A program made the translations under genes and the position numbers. A stretch of 64,000 nt of DNA from an uncultured Eubacterium sp. (lineage in GTDB: Bacteria; Bacillota; Clostridia; Lachnospirales; Lachnospiraceae): contig CAJUFM010000003.1 of assembly GCA_910585745.1 (NCBI GenBank), forward strand, positions 1 through 64,000, read 5' to 3'. How positions within the stretch are numbered: the first letter of the stretch is position 1; every line of letters begins with the position of its first letter. The notes under the pieces were generated by a model that ran no database searches, was not told the origin of the DNA, and worked only from the letters and a program-made list of their open reading frames with translations. Shown piece after piece: positions 30,002-39,806 of this stretch.

Positions 30002-31444
30002 ATGAAGGGGATAAAGTTAAAAAATGCCATGAAAATGACTGCATTTTTGATTGTAGTTGTATTGTTATTAAATGTGCTTTCAGCAGTATTTATACCCAAA
30101 CAGAAGAAGAGCATGACAAAATATAATGGGGAGTTAACGCATTTTGATCTTTTTTATGAAGAACCACGTAATTCGCTGGACGTCATTTTTTTGGGATCAT
30201 CGCACATATATTCAGGAATCTCTCCGATAGAGATGTGGAATACTTATGGTATTGCAGGATATAACTGTACGTCCTCCTCACAATGTGCGTACAAGTCCTA
30301 TCATTTTCTGCTGGATATCTTTAAATATCAGAAGCCGAAAGTAGTTGTATTTGATTTATTGTCATTATTTATAGATGAGACCAATGATGAGATATCCAAC
30401 CGCTCAGCTCTAAATTATATGAGATTTTCCCCCAATTTTTTGACAACGGTACATCATTCGATGAACAAGAAAATTGGAGAGACAATGGAATCTTATATTT
30501 TTCCTATATTAAGATATCATTCCCGATGGGAGGAACTGTCCCAGGTGGATTTTGGTATTAAAAAGCAGCGTGACTGCGCAAAGGGCTATGATATGCGCTA
30601 TGGTACAAAATGTATGGTGAAGTTGACCGAAGATCAATTTTCTTTTTTGAGGGAACAGCCTACGGATAAGGCTGCTCCCATTGTGGAAAAATCTGCTGGG
30701 TATATCCGGAATATGGTCGAACTGTGCAGAAAGAATGGAACGCAAATGGTATTTATTAAGACTCCTGTCTCAGATTATACCCATGAAAAGGGTAAAGCAA
30801 TGCAGAAATTTGCGGAAGAGTGTGGCGTGGAGCTGATTGATTATAATCGGAAATGGAATGAATTAGGGTTAGATTACAGAGTAGATTTTTTGGATACTGT
30901 TCATTTGAATCTTAATGGAGCAAAAAAACTGACGAAGTGTCTGGGGCAGACACTGGTGAATGACTTTGGCATGCCGGATCATCGGGGAGAGGCAGACTAT
31001 AGCAGCTGGGATAAGGATTACAGCACCTATCAGGCAGAAACCCATGCGCTTGAACTGCAGGAATGTAATGAATTATCAGGGTATCTTGAATTGGTTCAAA
31101 GGGAAAACTATGTTTTGTTGTACGCCGGAAATGTTTCTCATGTCAATGATAGTGTAAGGGATATATTGGGACTTCTGCCACTGGAGCAGGAGAGGATCCA
31201 GTATGGTGTTTTGGACATAAGTGATAAAAAGGAAAGAGTTCACAATGCAGGCAATGGGAAGATGCGATACGATATCAGGGATGTACGCTGTGAGATCAGC
31301 GCAGAAAATGATTATAGAATTCGCCTGTTGGGAAAAAATGTTGTCCAGGGCGAGAATGGATTTTATCTGGGCGTATTTGATAAAAAACTGAACATCGTGG
31401 CCGATGCCATAAAAATATTAAATGGTCAGATTCTGCGGGAGTAG
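30002..31444 (+). CDS. Membrane-anchored SGNH/AlgX-AlgJ-like partner of the MBOAT (extracytoplasmic O-acetyltransferase)
   Basis: N-terminal TM anchor, block-I-like VIFLGSSHIYSG, ~480 aa, directly downstream of the MBOAT as in PatA/PatB pairs. Confidence 0.5.
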   Translation: MKGIKLKNAMKMTAFLIVVVLLLNVLSAVFIPKQKKSMTKYNGELTHFDLFYEEPRNSLDVIFLGSSHIYSGISPIEMWNTYGIAGYNCTSSSQCAYKSYHFLLDIFKYQKPKVVVFDLLSLFIDETNDEISNRSALNYMRFSPNFLTTVHHSMNKKIGETMESYIFPILRYHSRWEELSQVDFGIKKQRDCAKGYDMRYGTKCMVKLTEDQFSFLREQPTDKAAPIVEKSAGYIRNMVELCRKNGTQMVFIKTPVSDYTHEKGKAMQKFAEECGVELIDYNRKWNELGLDYRVDFLDTVHLNLNGAKKLTKCLGQTLVNDFGMPDHRGEADYSSWDKDYSTYQAETHALELQECNELSGYLELVQRENYVLLYAGNVSHVNDSVRDILGLLPLEQERIQYGVLDISDKKERVHNAGNGKMRYDIRDVRCEISAENDYRIRLLGKNVVQGENGFYLGVFDKKLNIVADAIKILNGQILRE

Positions 31445-31484
31445 GGGAGACCGCTCCTGCAAAAATACGTTTTTTAATATATCG

Positions 31485-32249
31485 CTACCATGAAAGCTTT
31501 CCACCATCGACTCCGATGGTAGAACCAGTAATAAAACGTGAGGCTTCACTGAGAAGAAATGCTGTCAGACTGGCAACATCGCATGGCTGCCCTAATCCTA
31601 AATATTGCCTTGCCATAATGATTTCAGCCTCTTTTGAGCCTTCTCCCTTTTCCAAAAAGGAATCATAGATGTCTGTTTTAATGAATGCTGGTGCCACTGT
31701 ATTTACTCTTATATGCTTATTTGCCAGTTCTTTTGCCATACACCGGACGGCTGCATCCATGGCTGCTTTGGAAGCGCAATATGCTGTCTTGCTGCTGTTT
31801 CCCTGTATGGAGGACGTAGAAGAGATCCCTACGATGTTGCACCCCGTTTCTGAAAATCTTTTTCTGGCAGTGATGCACCGGCACAATTCAACAAATGAAT
31901 AAAAATTGATCTTCATGACCTGATCTAAAATATCTGGTTTGATCGTCTTAAATGGTCTCGAACTGGTGATTCCTGCACTATGGACGAATCCGTCTAATGG
32001 ACCGCGTTCTGCGACAATCTGCTTTATCAGTCCGTCTATTTGATCTAACTTACTTAAATCGGCAGCATAGTAACAAGATTCTTTATTCTGTAAACTTTCG
32101 ATGATTTCTTTTAACTTCTCTTCCCGCCGTGCGACAAGAATGGTTTCCGCTTCCAGCCGGTCCAATAATCTCACCGTCTCTTTTCCGATCCCTGACGATG
32201 CGCCGGTTACTAATATTCGTTTTCCTTTTAAGTCTACCAGATTATACAT
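31485..32249 (-). CDS. SDR-family oxidoreductase (FabG-like 3-ketoacyl reductase)
   Basis: VTGASSGIGKETV cofactor motif; catalytic YCASKAAMDAAVR (YxxxK). Confidence 0.8.
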   Translation of the reverse strand: MYNLVDLKGKRILVTGASSGIGKETVRLLDRLEAETILVARREEKLKEIIESLQNKESCYYAADLSKLDQIDGLIKQIVAERGPLDGFVHSAGITSSRPFKTIKPDILDQVMKINFYSFVELCRCITARKRFSETGCNIVGISSTSSIQGNSSKTAYCASKAAMDAAVRCMAKELANKHIRVNTVAPAFIKTDIYDSFLEKGEGSKEAEIIMARQYLGLGQPCDVASLTAFLLSEASRFITGSTIGVDGGKLSW

Positions 32250-33354
32250 CCTCTGTTTCCTCCCATTCCTCCGGTGTATTAATAATACCCTCTATAAAAC
32301 ATTCCTCTGTTTCGATTATGGGGTAAATATCGGCGCAGTTTATGTTTGTTCCCATAACCCCCCAGGACAATCCCACACCAAAACCTGACATCAGCATCTG
32401 ATATTCCCCTTTACATTCCTTTGCGCCGAATGCATCGCAGAGTGTGAGTGGGACGGCAGCTGCGGATGTATTTCCATATCTATCCAGACATAAGGGCATT
32501 TTTTCTGGTGGTATTCTCAGCCGCTTCTGCAGCTGTTTATGGATATACTTATTCGCCTGATGCATAATATAATAATCGTAGGAGTCTGGAGAAGTATTCT
32601 CACATTCCATATAATATTTTATGGTTTGGGGAACATCACGAATGGTAAATTCAAAAACCCGTGCCCCATCCATCCATGTGTTGTACAAAGTCCGTTTATT
32701 ACCATCTGAAAAAAGCATTGCTTCTTCCGGGGGGGTCAAATTACGGAATCCACCTGCCGGGGCAATAATCGCTTTGTATCCTTCCCCGTCGGAACACAGC
32801 ATTCCGCTCAATTTGTTATCTGGAACTTTCTCAAATAGGACAGCAGCCCCGGCATCACCAAAGAGCATCACAGATGACTTATCCTCTGGATGTACCATCT
32901 TGGACATTGTTTCCCCGACGATTAACAACCCTTTCTCTATATCAGAATTTGCCATAAGTGCGCTTATAATCTGGGCAGAATACACAAATGCAGAACACCC
33001 CAGATTGACATCGAATGCTGCACAATCCCTTTCCAGATGTAAACGTTTATGTAATACACAGGCTGTGGCAGGCCTCCTGTAGTCTGTGGAATGGGCAGAA
33101 AATATCAAGGCTTTAATATCTTCCCGTTTTAATCCTTTTTGCCGTATTAATTCTTCTGCAGCTGCATATCCTAAGTCAGATGCCGTTTGATGCAGTTCCG
33201 TCTTCCTGATCTCCTCTACACCTGTCATTTTCACGAATTTGTCCACATTATCCTGTCCGAATTTATTATAATACTCATTTGCTTTTATTTTTGTTTTGGG
33301 AACAGCACAGGCAATCCCTGTCATTTTTATATTGCTAAAATTGAAATATGCCAT
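32242..33354 (-). CDS. 3-oxoacyl-ACP synthase III (FabH-like KAS III) family protein with a C-terminal extension
   Basis: Active-site Cys context NLGCSAFVYSAQI; C-terminal His/Asn blocks MHQANKYI and GNTSAAAVPL. Confidence 0.75.
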   Translation of the reverse strand: MAYFNFSNIKMTGIACAVPKTKIKANEYYNKFGQDNVDKFVKMTGVEEIRKTELHQTASDLGYAAAEELIRQKGLKREDIKALIFSAHSTDYRRPATACVLHKRLHLERDCAAFDVNLGCSAFVYSAQIISALMANSDIEKGLLIVGETMSKMVHPEDKSSVMLFGDAGAAVLFEKVPDNKLSGMLCSDGEGYKAIIAPAGGFRNLTPPEEAMLFSDGNKRTLYNTWMDGARVFEFTIRDVPQTIKYYMECENTSPDSYDYYIMHQANKYIHKQLQKRLRIPPEKMPLCLDRYGNTSAAAVPLTLCDAFGAKECKGEYQMLMSGFGVGLSWGVMGTNINCADIYPIIETEECFIEGIINTPEEWEETEDV

Positions 33355-33377
33355 TTCAATTTCCTCCTTTGATTGGG

Positions 33378-33599
33378 CTAACCTTCCATATTATTCAGGA
33401 TATCTGCAATGGTTGTATATTTTTTTATCTCTTTTCCAGTAATCTTTTTCCCAAATTCATCTTCAAACATTACGATCAAAGATAGTACTGCCATGGAATT
33501 AAATTCGTCAATGTCTTCCAGATTTGTATCAGGAGTAAGACTTCCTTCATCAACCTCCAACGTATCCTCTAATAATTCTAATTTTTCTTTTTCTGTCAT
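33378..33599 (-). CDS. Acyl carrier protein
   Basis: 73 aa, acidic, phosphopantetheine site IDEFNSMAVLSLI. Confidence 0.8.
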   Translation of the reverse strand: MTEKEKLELLEDTLEVDEGSLTPDTNLEDIDEFNSMAVLSLIVMFEDEFGKKITGKEIKKYTTIADILNNMEG

Positions 33600-33663
33600 T
33601 TTCTTGCCCTCCTATAATTTGATATTTTGTAGTAAAAAGTCTATATGGATTGTCATGATGTTG

Positions 33664-34623
33664 TTAATCCTCATCCAGGGTGCTGGTATCTTTTATTCCG
33701 GATGCATAGTCTCTTATCACATATTGTGGTGCTTTGTTCAGACATAAATAAATTCTTCCTATATATTCCCCGATCAATCCCAATGAAACCAATAAGATGC
33801 CTCCAAGTAATAAAAGAACAGAGATCAGCGAACTCCATCCTGCTGCCATGTTGGGATTTATCAGTTTATTGATGATAATCCCACAGGCGCTGAACATTCC
33901 GATAACGGCGAAAAGAAATCCTAAAAAGGTTGAAATCCTTAATGGTTTTACGGAAAATGTTGTGGCGCCATTGACCCACAATGCAATCAGTTTTTTCAGC
34001 GAATAACCGGAATAACCTTCTTTTCTGGCACGGTGTCCAACATATACGGAAGTAATATTATTTGTCGAACGAAACACCAATCCCGGCAGATATACATACG
34101 GATTTTCATATTTTTGGATCTCATCAATAACAAAATGTTTAACGGCATAGAAACTGCTCCCTTTGAAATCTTTTGGCATATCTGCCATATGTGTCATCAT
34201 GATTCTGTTAAGCCGGGAGCCCCAGTTTCTAAATCTGCTATGCTGCTTTACTTTATATTTGCCATAAACGACATCATAACCCTGATCCAGTTTATCAATG
34301 ATCCTGTAGGTATCTTCGACGGCAATTTGTCCGTCATCATCCAGAGACACAATAATTTCTCCTTTGATATGACGGTATCCTGCAAGCAGAGCTGCATGCT
34401 GTCCAAAATTTCTTGTCAGGTTAATTCCCTGGACATTTGAATATTTCTTTGCCAGCAGCCGGATCTTATCCCAGACATGATCCGGCGAACAGTCATTTAC
34501 CAATATAATCTCATATTCATCTTCTGGGTGGTCTATATTCAAATTCAGGATTTCTTTCACAACATCCTCAATCGTATGTTCGGAGCCATAGCATGGGATG
34601 ACAAAAGATATTAGTCTGCTCAA
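33664..34623 (-). CDS. GT2 polyprenyl-phosphate sugar synthase (GtrB/ArnC/CsbB-like) with C-terminal TM helices
   Basis: VIPCYGSE...LVNDCSPD...NFGQHAALLAGY...SLDDDGQ and two C-terminal TM segments. Confidence 0.8.
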   Translation of the reverse strand: MSRLISFVIPCYGSEHTIEDVVKEILNLNIDHPEDEYEIILVNDCSPDHVWDKIRLLAKKYSNVQGINLTRNFGQHAALLAGYRHIKGEIIVSLDDDGQIAVEDTYRIIDKLDQGYDVVYGKYKVKQHSRFRNWGSRLNRIMMTHMADMPKDFKGSSFYAVKHFVIDEIQKYENPYVYLPGLVFRSTNNITSVYVGHRARKEGYSGYSLKKLIALWVNGATTFSVKPLRISTFLGFLFAVIGMFSACGIIINKLINPNMAAGWSSLISVLLLLGGILLVSLGLIGEYIGRIYLCLNKAPQYVIRDYASGIKDTSTLDED

Positions 34624-35171
34624 GCCTGACTGCCCCCTATTCTGTCCAATAATTCACGGGTCTTTGCAAAATCCTTTCCATCTGCCACCCTTTCATAATA
34701 TGCACATTCAATGCCATTTCGTGTTACTGTCTGTTTCATTTTAATTCCTCTTTTTTCATGGTTGTTGATATGCTTTTTATTTGATAGATAAATTACGTAT
34801 GTAATCTTTTCTAAATGCAGGACTGTCCGGTAAAATTCATCTAATAGCACTTCTGCTTCCATTGCCTCCACAGAACTGCCATTGTTCACCTCTCGTCCTA
34901 CTTCTCCTGTTCTGTCGTGGATATCATAAACACCAATCAGCCCTATTCGCTCTCCTTTTTTGTTCCATACAATAAAGTAATAGTCACCCGGCTCTTTGAT
35001 CTGCCATTGGATAAATTTTTTCTGCTCTTCCAGACTGGAAGCCGGCTGGCCTACCGTTTTACAATTTTTTTCCTCTTTTCTTATCTGATAGGAAAATTCC
35101 ACATCCGCATCTTCTAGTGTAATACTTTTTAGATCCACAAATTTTCCCTGAATTACTTTATCATAAATCAT
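34620..35171 (-). CDS. GNAT-family N-acyltransferase
   Basis: RimL-like GNAT fold pattern (GLIGVYDIHDRTGEVGREV); first gene of the minus-strand operon. Confidence 0.6.
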   Translation of the reverse strand: MIYDKVIQGKFVDLKSITLEDADVEFSYQIRKEEKNCKTVGQPASSLEEQKKFIQWQIKEPGDYYFIVWNKKGERIGLIGVYDIHDRTGEVGREVNNGSSVEAMEAEVLLDEFYRTVLHLEKITYVIYLSNKKHINNHEKRGIKMKQTVTRNGIECAYYERVADGKDFAKTRELLDRIGGSQA

Positions 35172-35446
35172 TTCATGTCCTCCACATTTTTAGTGACAAC
35201 ACAGGGGTTTCAGTATCTCACCTTTGTATCATAAGGTATTTGTATTAAAGATACAAATTGATTTATCTGATGTTATTCAGAACAGGTGAAAGTGTGTGAC
35301 AGCCATAAAATAGTAAAATAGTAAAATCCAAAAATTTATTGCACTTTAAGCCTGCTAATGCTATAATATCTAGATGTACCATTGGGGTAAATTACCTTTT
35401 GACCCCGATATCTTTATAGGTTATTATACAAAGTAGAGATGGAGGT

Positions 35447-36580
35447 TTGACATTGATACCATTTAATAAACCACCTTTTGTGGGAAAAGAACTTAAATAT
35501 ATAGAAGAAGCAGTAAATTGTCATAAATTATGTGGGGATGGGCAGTTCACAAAAAAATGTAATGATTATCTGGAGAAGATTACCAAGTCGGAAAAGGTTC
35601 TCTTGACGACTTCCTGTACCCATGCCATAGAGATGGCGGCGATCCTGGCGGATATAGGACCGGGGGATGAGGTGATCATGCCTTCTTATACATTTGTATC
35701 TACGGCAAATGCTTTTGTACTCCGGGGTGCCAGGGTCGTATTTGTCGATATCAGGCCGGATACGATGAATATAGATGAAACTCTTATTGAAGTTGCAATT
35801 ACCGATAAAACAAAGGCGGTTGTCCCGGTTCATTATGCGGGTGTCAGTTGTGAGATGGACACTATTCTGGACATTGCTGAAAGGCATCAGCTGTCTGTGA
35901 TCGAGGATGCGGCCCAGGGAATTATGAGCACCTACAAAGGAAAAATCCTTGGGACCATTGGGGATTATGGATGTTATAGTTTTCATGAGACGAAAAACAT
36001 CAGTATGGGAGAAGGGGGTGCCCTTCTGATCCGCGATGCTGGAAATGTAGAAAAAGCAGAGATCATCCGTGAAAAGGGGACAAACCGCAGTAAGTTTTTC
36101 CGCGGTGAGATTGACAAGTACTCCTGGGTGGAACAGGGCTCTTCCTATCTTCCCAGTGAGCTCAACGCGGCATATCTCTGGGGAGAATTAGAGGCGGCAG
36201 AAATTATATATGAGGACAGGATGCGCAGCTGGGATACATACTGGGACCAGTTATTCCCATTGGCCGAGAGGGGTTGTATTGAGCTGCCTGTTGTTCCGGA
36301 GCATTGTGTCCATAACGCTCATATGTTTTATATCAAAACAAGGGATTTAGAAGAGCGGACAGAACTGATCCGGCATCTGAAGGAACATGAGATAGGGGCA
36401 GTATTTCACTATATTCCTCTGCATAGTTCCGAGGCGGGAAAACGCTTTGGAAGGTTTCATGGAGAGGACAGGTATACGACGAAAGAGAGCGAGAGACTGC
36501 TGCGTCTGCCGATGTATTATGGCTTAACAGTAGATGAGATTGAGAAGATTACGGATTGCGTAAAACAGTTTTATAAATAA
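35447..36580 (+). CDS. DegT/ArnB-family PLP-dependent sugar aminotransferase (TTG start; an alternative TTG at 35453 has better RBS spacing)
   Basis: N-terminal IPFNKPPFVGKELKYIEEAV...; PLP-lysine region HETKNISMGEGG. Confidence 0.85.
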   Translation: MTLIPFNKPPFVGKELKYIEEAVNCHKLCGDGQFTKKCNDYLEKITKSEKVLLTTSCTHAIEMAAILADIGPGDEVIMPSYTFVSTANAFVLRGARVVFVDIRPDTMNIDETLIEVAITDKTKAVVPVHYAGVSCEMDTILDIAERHQLSVIEDAAQGIMSTYKGKILGTIGDYGCYSFHETKNISMGEGGALLIRDAGNVEKAEIIREKGTNRSKFFRGEIDKYSWVEQGSSYLPSELNAAYLWGELEAAEIIYEDRMRSWDTYWDQLFPLAERGCIELPVVPEHCVHNAHMFYIKTRDLEERTELIRHLKEHEIGAVFHYIPLHSSEAGKRFGRFHGEDRYTTKESERLLRLPMYYGLTVDEIEKITDCVKQFYK

Positions 36581-36604
36581 CAGGGAACGAAGGAGTGTTG
36601 CATA

Positions 36605-37567
36605 ATGAAGCAGCCAGATGTTTCAGTAGTAATACCATGCTATAATTCAGAAAAATCCATCGGAGAGGTAGTGGAGAAGGTGTCTGCCAAACTTTCTGAG
36701 ATGGGATATACGTATGAGATGGTGCTGGTAAATGATTATTCAAAAGATGGAGCATTTCAGGAGATACATCGTCTTGCCAAAGAACACTCTTTTGTGAAAG
36801 GGATTAATCTGGCAAAGAATTTTGGACAGCACAATGCCATTTTAGCTGGATTTCACTATGTGAGCGGCAGTTATGTGATTGGTATGGACGATGACCTGCA
36901 GACCGATCCTTCACAATTTCCAAAGCTGTTTGATAAGTTGAAGGAAGGCTATGATCTGGTATATGGAACTTATCCCATGGTGAGACAAAGTTTTTTCCGA
37001 CGTCTGGGAAGCCGGTTTAATAATGTGGTTTTGGGCAGGATGATACAACAGCCAAGGCATATCAGAACATCAAGTTTTTGGCTTGCCAAAGCCTATATTA
37101 TAAAAGAAGTTGTTAAATATGAACACTCCTATACAAATCTGCGTGGGTTGTTTTTTCGGACAACCGCCTATATTGCCTGTGTTGAGGTGGAACATTTTGC
37201 ACGAAAATATGGCAGATCCAATTATACGCTCAAGTCACTGATTAAGCTATGGAGCAACTGCATCAATTTTTCTGTGGCGCCGCTGCGAATTTTTCTTCTG
37301 ATCGGAAGTGTTGCTTCTGCAGGAGGTTTTCTAGGAGCATTGATCTTGATCATCAAAAAGATTATGAATATAAATATGTCTCTCGGCTGGCCGTCTTTGA
37401 TGGCAGCAGTTTGTTTCTTTTCTGGTATTATTCTGATTGGTATTGGACTGACAGGAGAGTATATCGGAAGGGCATTTATGTGTATTAATGCTACCCCTCA
37501 GTATGTGGTAAAAGAAGAAGTAAACGTACAGGATGGTATTGATTCCGGGGAGGAAGATGGAGAATGA
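36605..37567 (+). CDS. GT2 polyprenyl-phosphate aminosugar transferase (ArnC-like)
   Basis: VVIPCYNSEKSI...LVNDYSKDG...NFGQHNAILAGF...GMDDDLQ plus two C-terminal TM helices. Confidence 0.8.
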   Translation: MKQPDVSVVIPCYNSEKSIGEVVEKVSAKLSEMGYTYEMVLVNDYSKDGAFQEIHRLAKEHSFVKGINLAKNFGQHNAILAGFHYVSGSYVIGMDDDLQTDPSQFPKLFDKLKEGYDLVYGTYPMVRQSFFRRLGSRFNNVVLGRMIQQPRHIRTSSFWLAKAYIIKEVVKYEHSYTNLRGLFFRTTAYIACVEVEHFARKYGRSNYTLKSLIKLWSNCINFSVAPLRIFLLIGSVASAGGFLGALILIIKKIMNINMSLGWPSLMAAVCFFSGIILIGIGLTGEYIGRAFMCINATPQYVVKEEVNVQDGIDSGEEDGE

Positions 37568-38223
37568 AAAAAACATTGATCTTTGGAATAAACCGGTTTG
37601 CAGAACTGTTATCAGAGTATATGGAAGAGGATGGTATCCCGATAGCAGGTTTTCTGGTTGATGAAAAATATAAGCCGGATCAGGAGATGTTTTGTGAAAA
37701 ACCGATTTATATTACAGAACATATGGAGCAGGAGGTTCCGGCAGAGCATTATAATGTTATACTTGCTTTGGGTTATCACAAAATGAATACAATTCGTCAG
37801 ATGAAATATCTGGAGTTAAAAGAAAAGGGATATGACATTATCGGATATCGTCATCCGACGGCATTGATTCAGGCAGATCAAATCGGGGAAGGAAATATCT
37901 TTTTGGAAAATGTTACGATTGGAAAGCATGTACGAATCGGAACCAGTAACGTTTTTTATCCCTGTGCACATATTGCCCATCATACCCAGGTGGAAGATTT
38001 TAATTTTTTTGCGATATCTTGTTCTGTGGCGGGGAATGCAAGAATTCATAATAATTGTTTTTTTGGTAATAACTGTTCGTTAAAAAATGGAATACAAGTT
38101 CTTGATTATACTTTGGTGGGAGCAGGATGTTACTTACAGGGAAATACAGATATAGGGGGGGGTGTATTCGTCCCTGTAAGATGTATGCAGCTGGAAGGTA
38201 AGAACAGTTTGGATATGATTTGA
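37564..38223 (+). CDS. NeuD/PglD-family hexapeptide-repeat sugar N-acetyltransferase
   Basis: N-terminal Rossmann-like LIFGINRFAELL...; left-handed beta-helix repeats in the C-terminal half. Confidence 0.65.
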   Translation: MKKTLIFGINRFAELLSEYMEEDGIPIAGFLVDEKYKPDQEMFCEKPIYITEHMEQEVPAEHYNVILALGYHKMNTIRQMKYLELKEKGYDIIGYRHPTALIQADQIGEGNIFLENVTIGKHVRIGTSNVFYPCAHIAHHTQVEDFNFFAISCSVAGNARIHNNCFFGNNCSLKNGIQVLDYTLVGAGCYLQGNTDIGGGVFVPVRCMQLEGKNSLDMI

Positions 38224-38241
38224 TTTGGAGGAACAAATATA

Positions 38242-39462
38242 TTGAAAAAAATAATGATTCTGGGAGCCGGCGTTTATCAGCTCCCAATTTTGCAAAAAGC
38301 AGCTGATATGTGTGAAGTAATACTTGTAGCGCCGGAGGTTTCAGCGGATTTTAAGGAATACGCAGATAGGGTATACTATCTGGATTTACGACAGCAGGAT
38401 GCGATACTGGAAGTTGCTCAAAAAGAAAAAATAGATGGTATTATTACAGATCAAACAGATATTCCAGTGCGTACCGTGGCTTATGTGGCGGATAAAATGG
38501 GGCTTCCGGGAATTGGTTATGATATGGCGTGCCTTTTTACGGATAAAGGCAGAATGCGCCAAAAGTTGGAGGAGTTAGGAATTCCGGTGCTTCCCAATAA
38601 GACTGTTGGGACATTGGAAGAGGCAGTATGTTTTTTCGATTCTTTGGAAAGTACGGCGATTATTAAGCCGGCGGATAACCAGGGGAGCAGAGGGGTATAT
38701 AAGATTTCATCCAGAATGGAATTGGAGAAATATTTTGCAGCATCATTGAGTGTATCACCGACAGGTCAGGTGGTGATAGAAAAGTATGCAGAGGGCAGGG
38801 AATTTGTGGTTGAAGCAATGTCCCTGAATTATGAATACCGGGAATTGATCCTGGGGGATACCATTTATTTTGACATAGAGAATGCATTTGCGGCAAAGAG
38901 TCGTATTTTTCCGTCAAATGCCGGGGAAGAACTCTGCAAAAAGGTATCTCTGCTTAATGAGAGAATCATAAAAGGGTTCGGTTTAAAACAGGGAATTAGT
39001 CACAGCGAATATGTGATGGACGGTGATGAGATATATTTAATCGAGACAGCGGCCCGTGGGGGAGGTGTATTTATTTCCAGTGATTTGATATATCTTGGCA
39101 CCGGGGTGAATACAGAAGAATTCCTTATTCGCGTAGCACTGGGAGAGTTAAACTGTATGCCGGAGGTGCAAAAAGACCAGTGCCATTGTGGTTACATGGC
39201 GTTTTATCTTCCACAGGGTACAGTAAAATCGATACAAGGTATCGATTCTGTTATAAACTTTGATTTTGTTCATAGAAATATTCTTTATACCATTCATAGA
39301 GGAATGAAGATTGGAGCAATTGAGGACAAAACTTCCCGTTTTTCGATTATTGTAAGTGGAAAAAATGCCGGTGAATTGGAAGAGCATATGGAGAAAATAC
39401 GGGAAACTCTGCAGATTGAGGTGGATACTGAAGAGGGAGTGAAATATCCGATATGGGAATAA
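38242..39462 (+). CDS. ATP-grasp family ligase
   Basis: ATP-grasp architecture (GxGxYQLP N-terminal, central IIKPADNQGSRGVYKI, YLIETAARGGG). Confidence 0.7.
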   Translation: MKKIMILGAGVYQLPILQKAADMCEVILVAPEVSADFKEYADRVYYLDLRQQDAILEVAQKEKIDGIITDQTDIPVRTVAYVADKMGLPGIGYDMACLFTDKGRMRQKLEELGIPVLPNKTVGTLEEAVCFFDSLESTAIIKPADNQGSRGVYKISSRMELEKYFAASLSVSPTGQVVIEKYAEGREFVVEAMSLNYEYRELILGDTIYFDIENAFAAKSRIFPSNAGEELCKKVSLLNERIIKGFGLKQGISHSEYVMDGDEIYLIETAARGGGVFISSDLIYLGTGVNTEEFLIRVALGELNCMPEVQKDQCHCGYMAFYLPQGTVKSIQGIDSVINFDFVHRNILYTIHRGMKIGAIEDKTSRFSIIVSGKNAGELEEHMEKIRETLQIEVDTEEGVKYPIWE

Positions 39463-39806
39463 AAAATAAGATAGGGGGAAGTGTTTTTGCTTTGTTGGCA
39501 ATAACACTTTTGATACAAAGTTTTAGTTCTGTATTTGTAAAAACAGCGGGAAGATATCCGGTAATGTCAGAAAAATTTTTGCTCTTCTATGGACTTGCAC
39601 TAGTTTGTCTCGGGATTTTTTCTATCATGTGGCAGTTTTTGCTGGAGCGCATTCCACTGACAACAGCATATTTAAGAAAAGGAATTTCTTATATATTGGT
39701 TCTCGCCTGGTCCGTATTGATTTTTCATGAAAACATCACATGGAATAATATTTTGGGAAGTGTGATAATTATTATAGGAGTTGTAATTAGCAGTTATGAT
39801 CATTGA
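39453..39806 (+). CDS. SMR/EamA-like 4-TM protein (ArnE-like flippase subunit)
   Basis: 117 aa, four TM helices, ATGA-type overlap with neighbours. Confidence 0.6.
   Translation: MGIKNKIGGSVFALLAITLLIQSFSSVFVKTAGRYPVMSEKFLLFYGLALVCLGIFSIMWQFLLERIPLTTAYLRKGISYILVLAWSVLIFHENITWNNILGSVIIIIGVVISSYDH

Noticed and set aside
31445-31484. Intrinsic terminator between the SGNH-like gene and the convergent SDR gene
   Set aside because: Only a short AAAAATACGTTTTTT palindrome with a weak GC stem. Not convincing enough to annotate.
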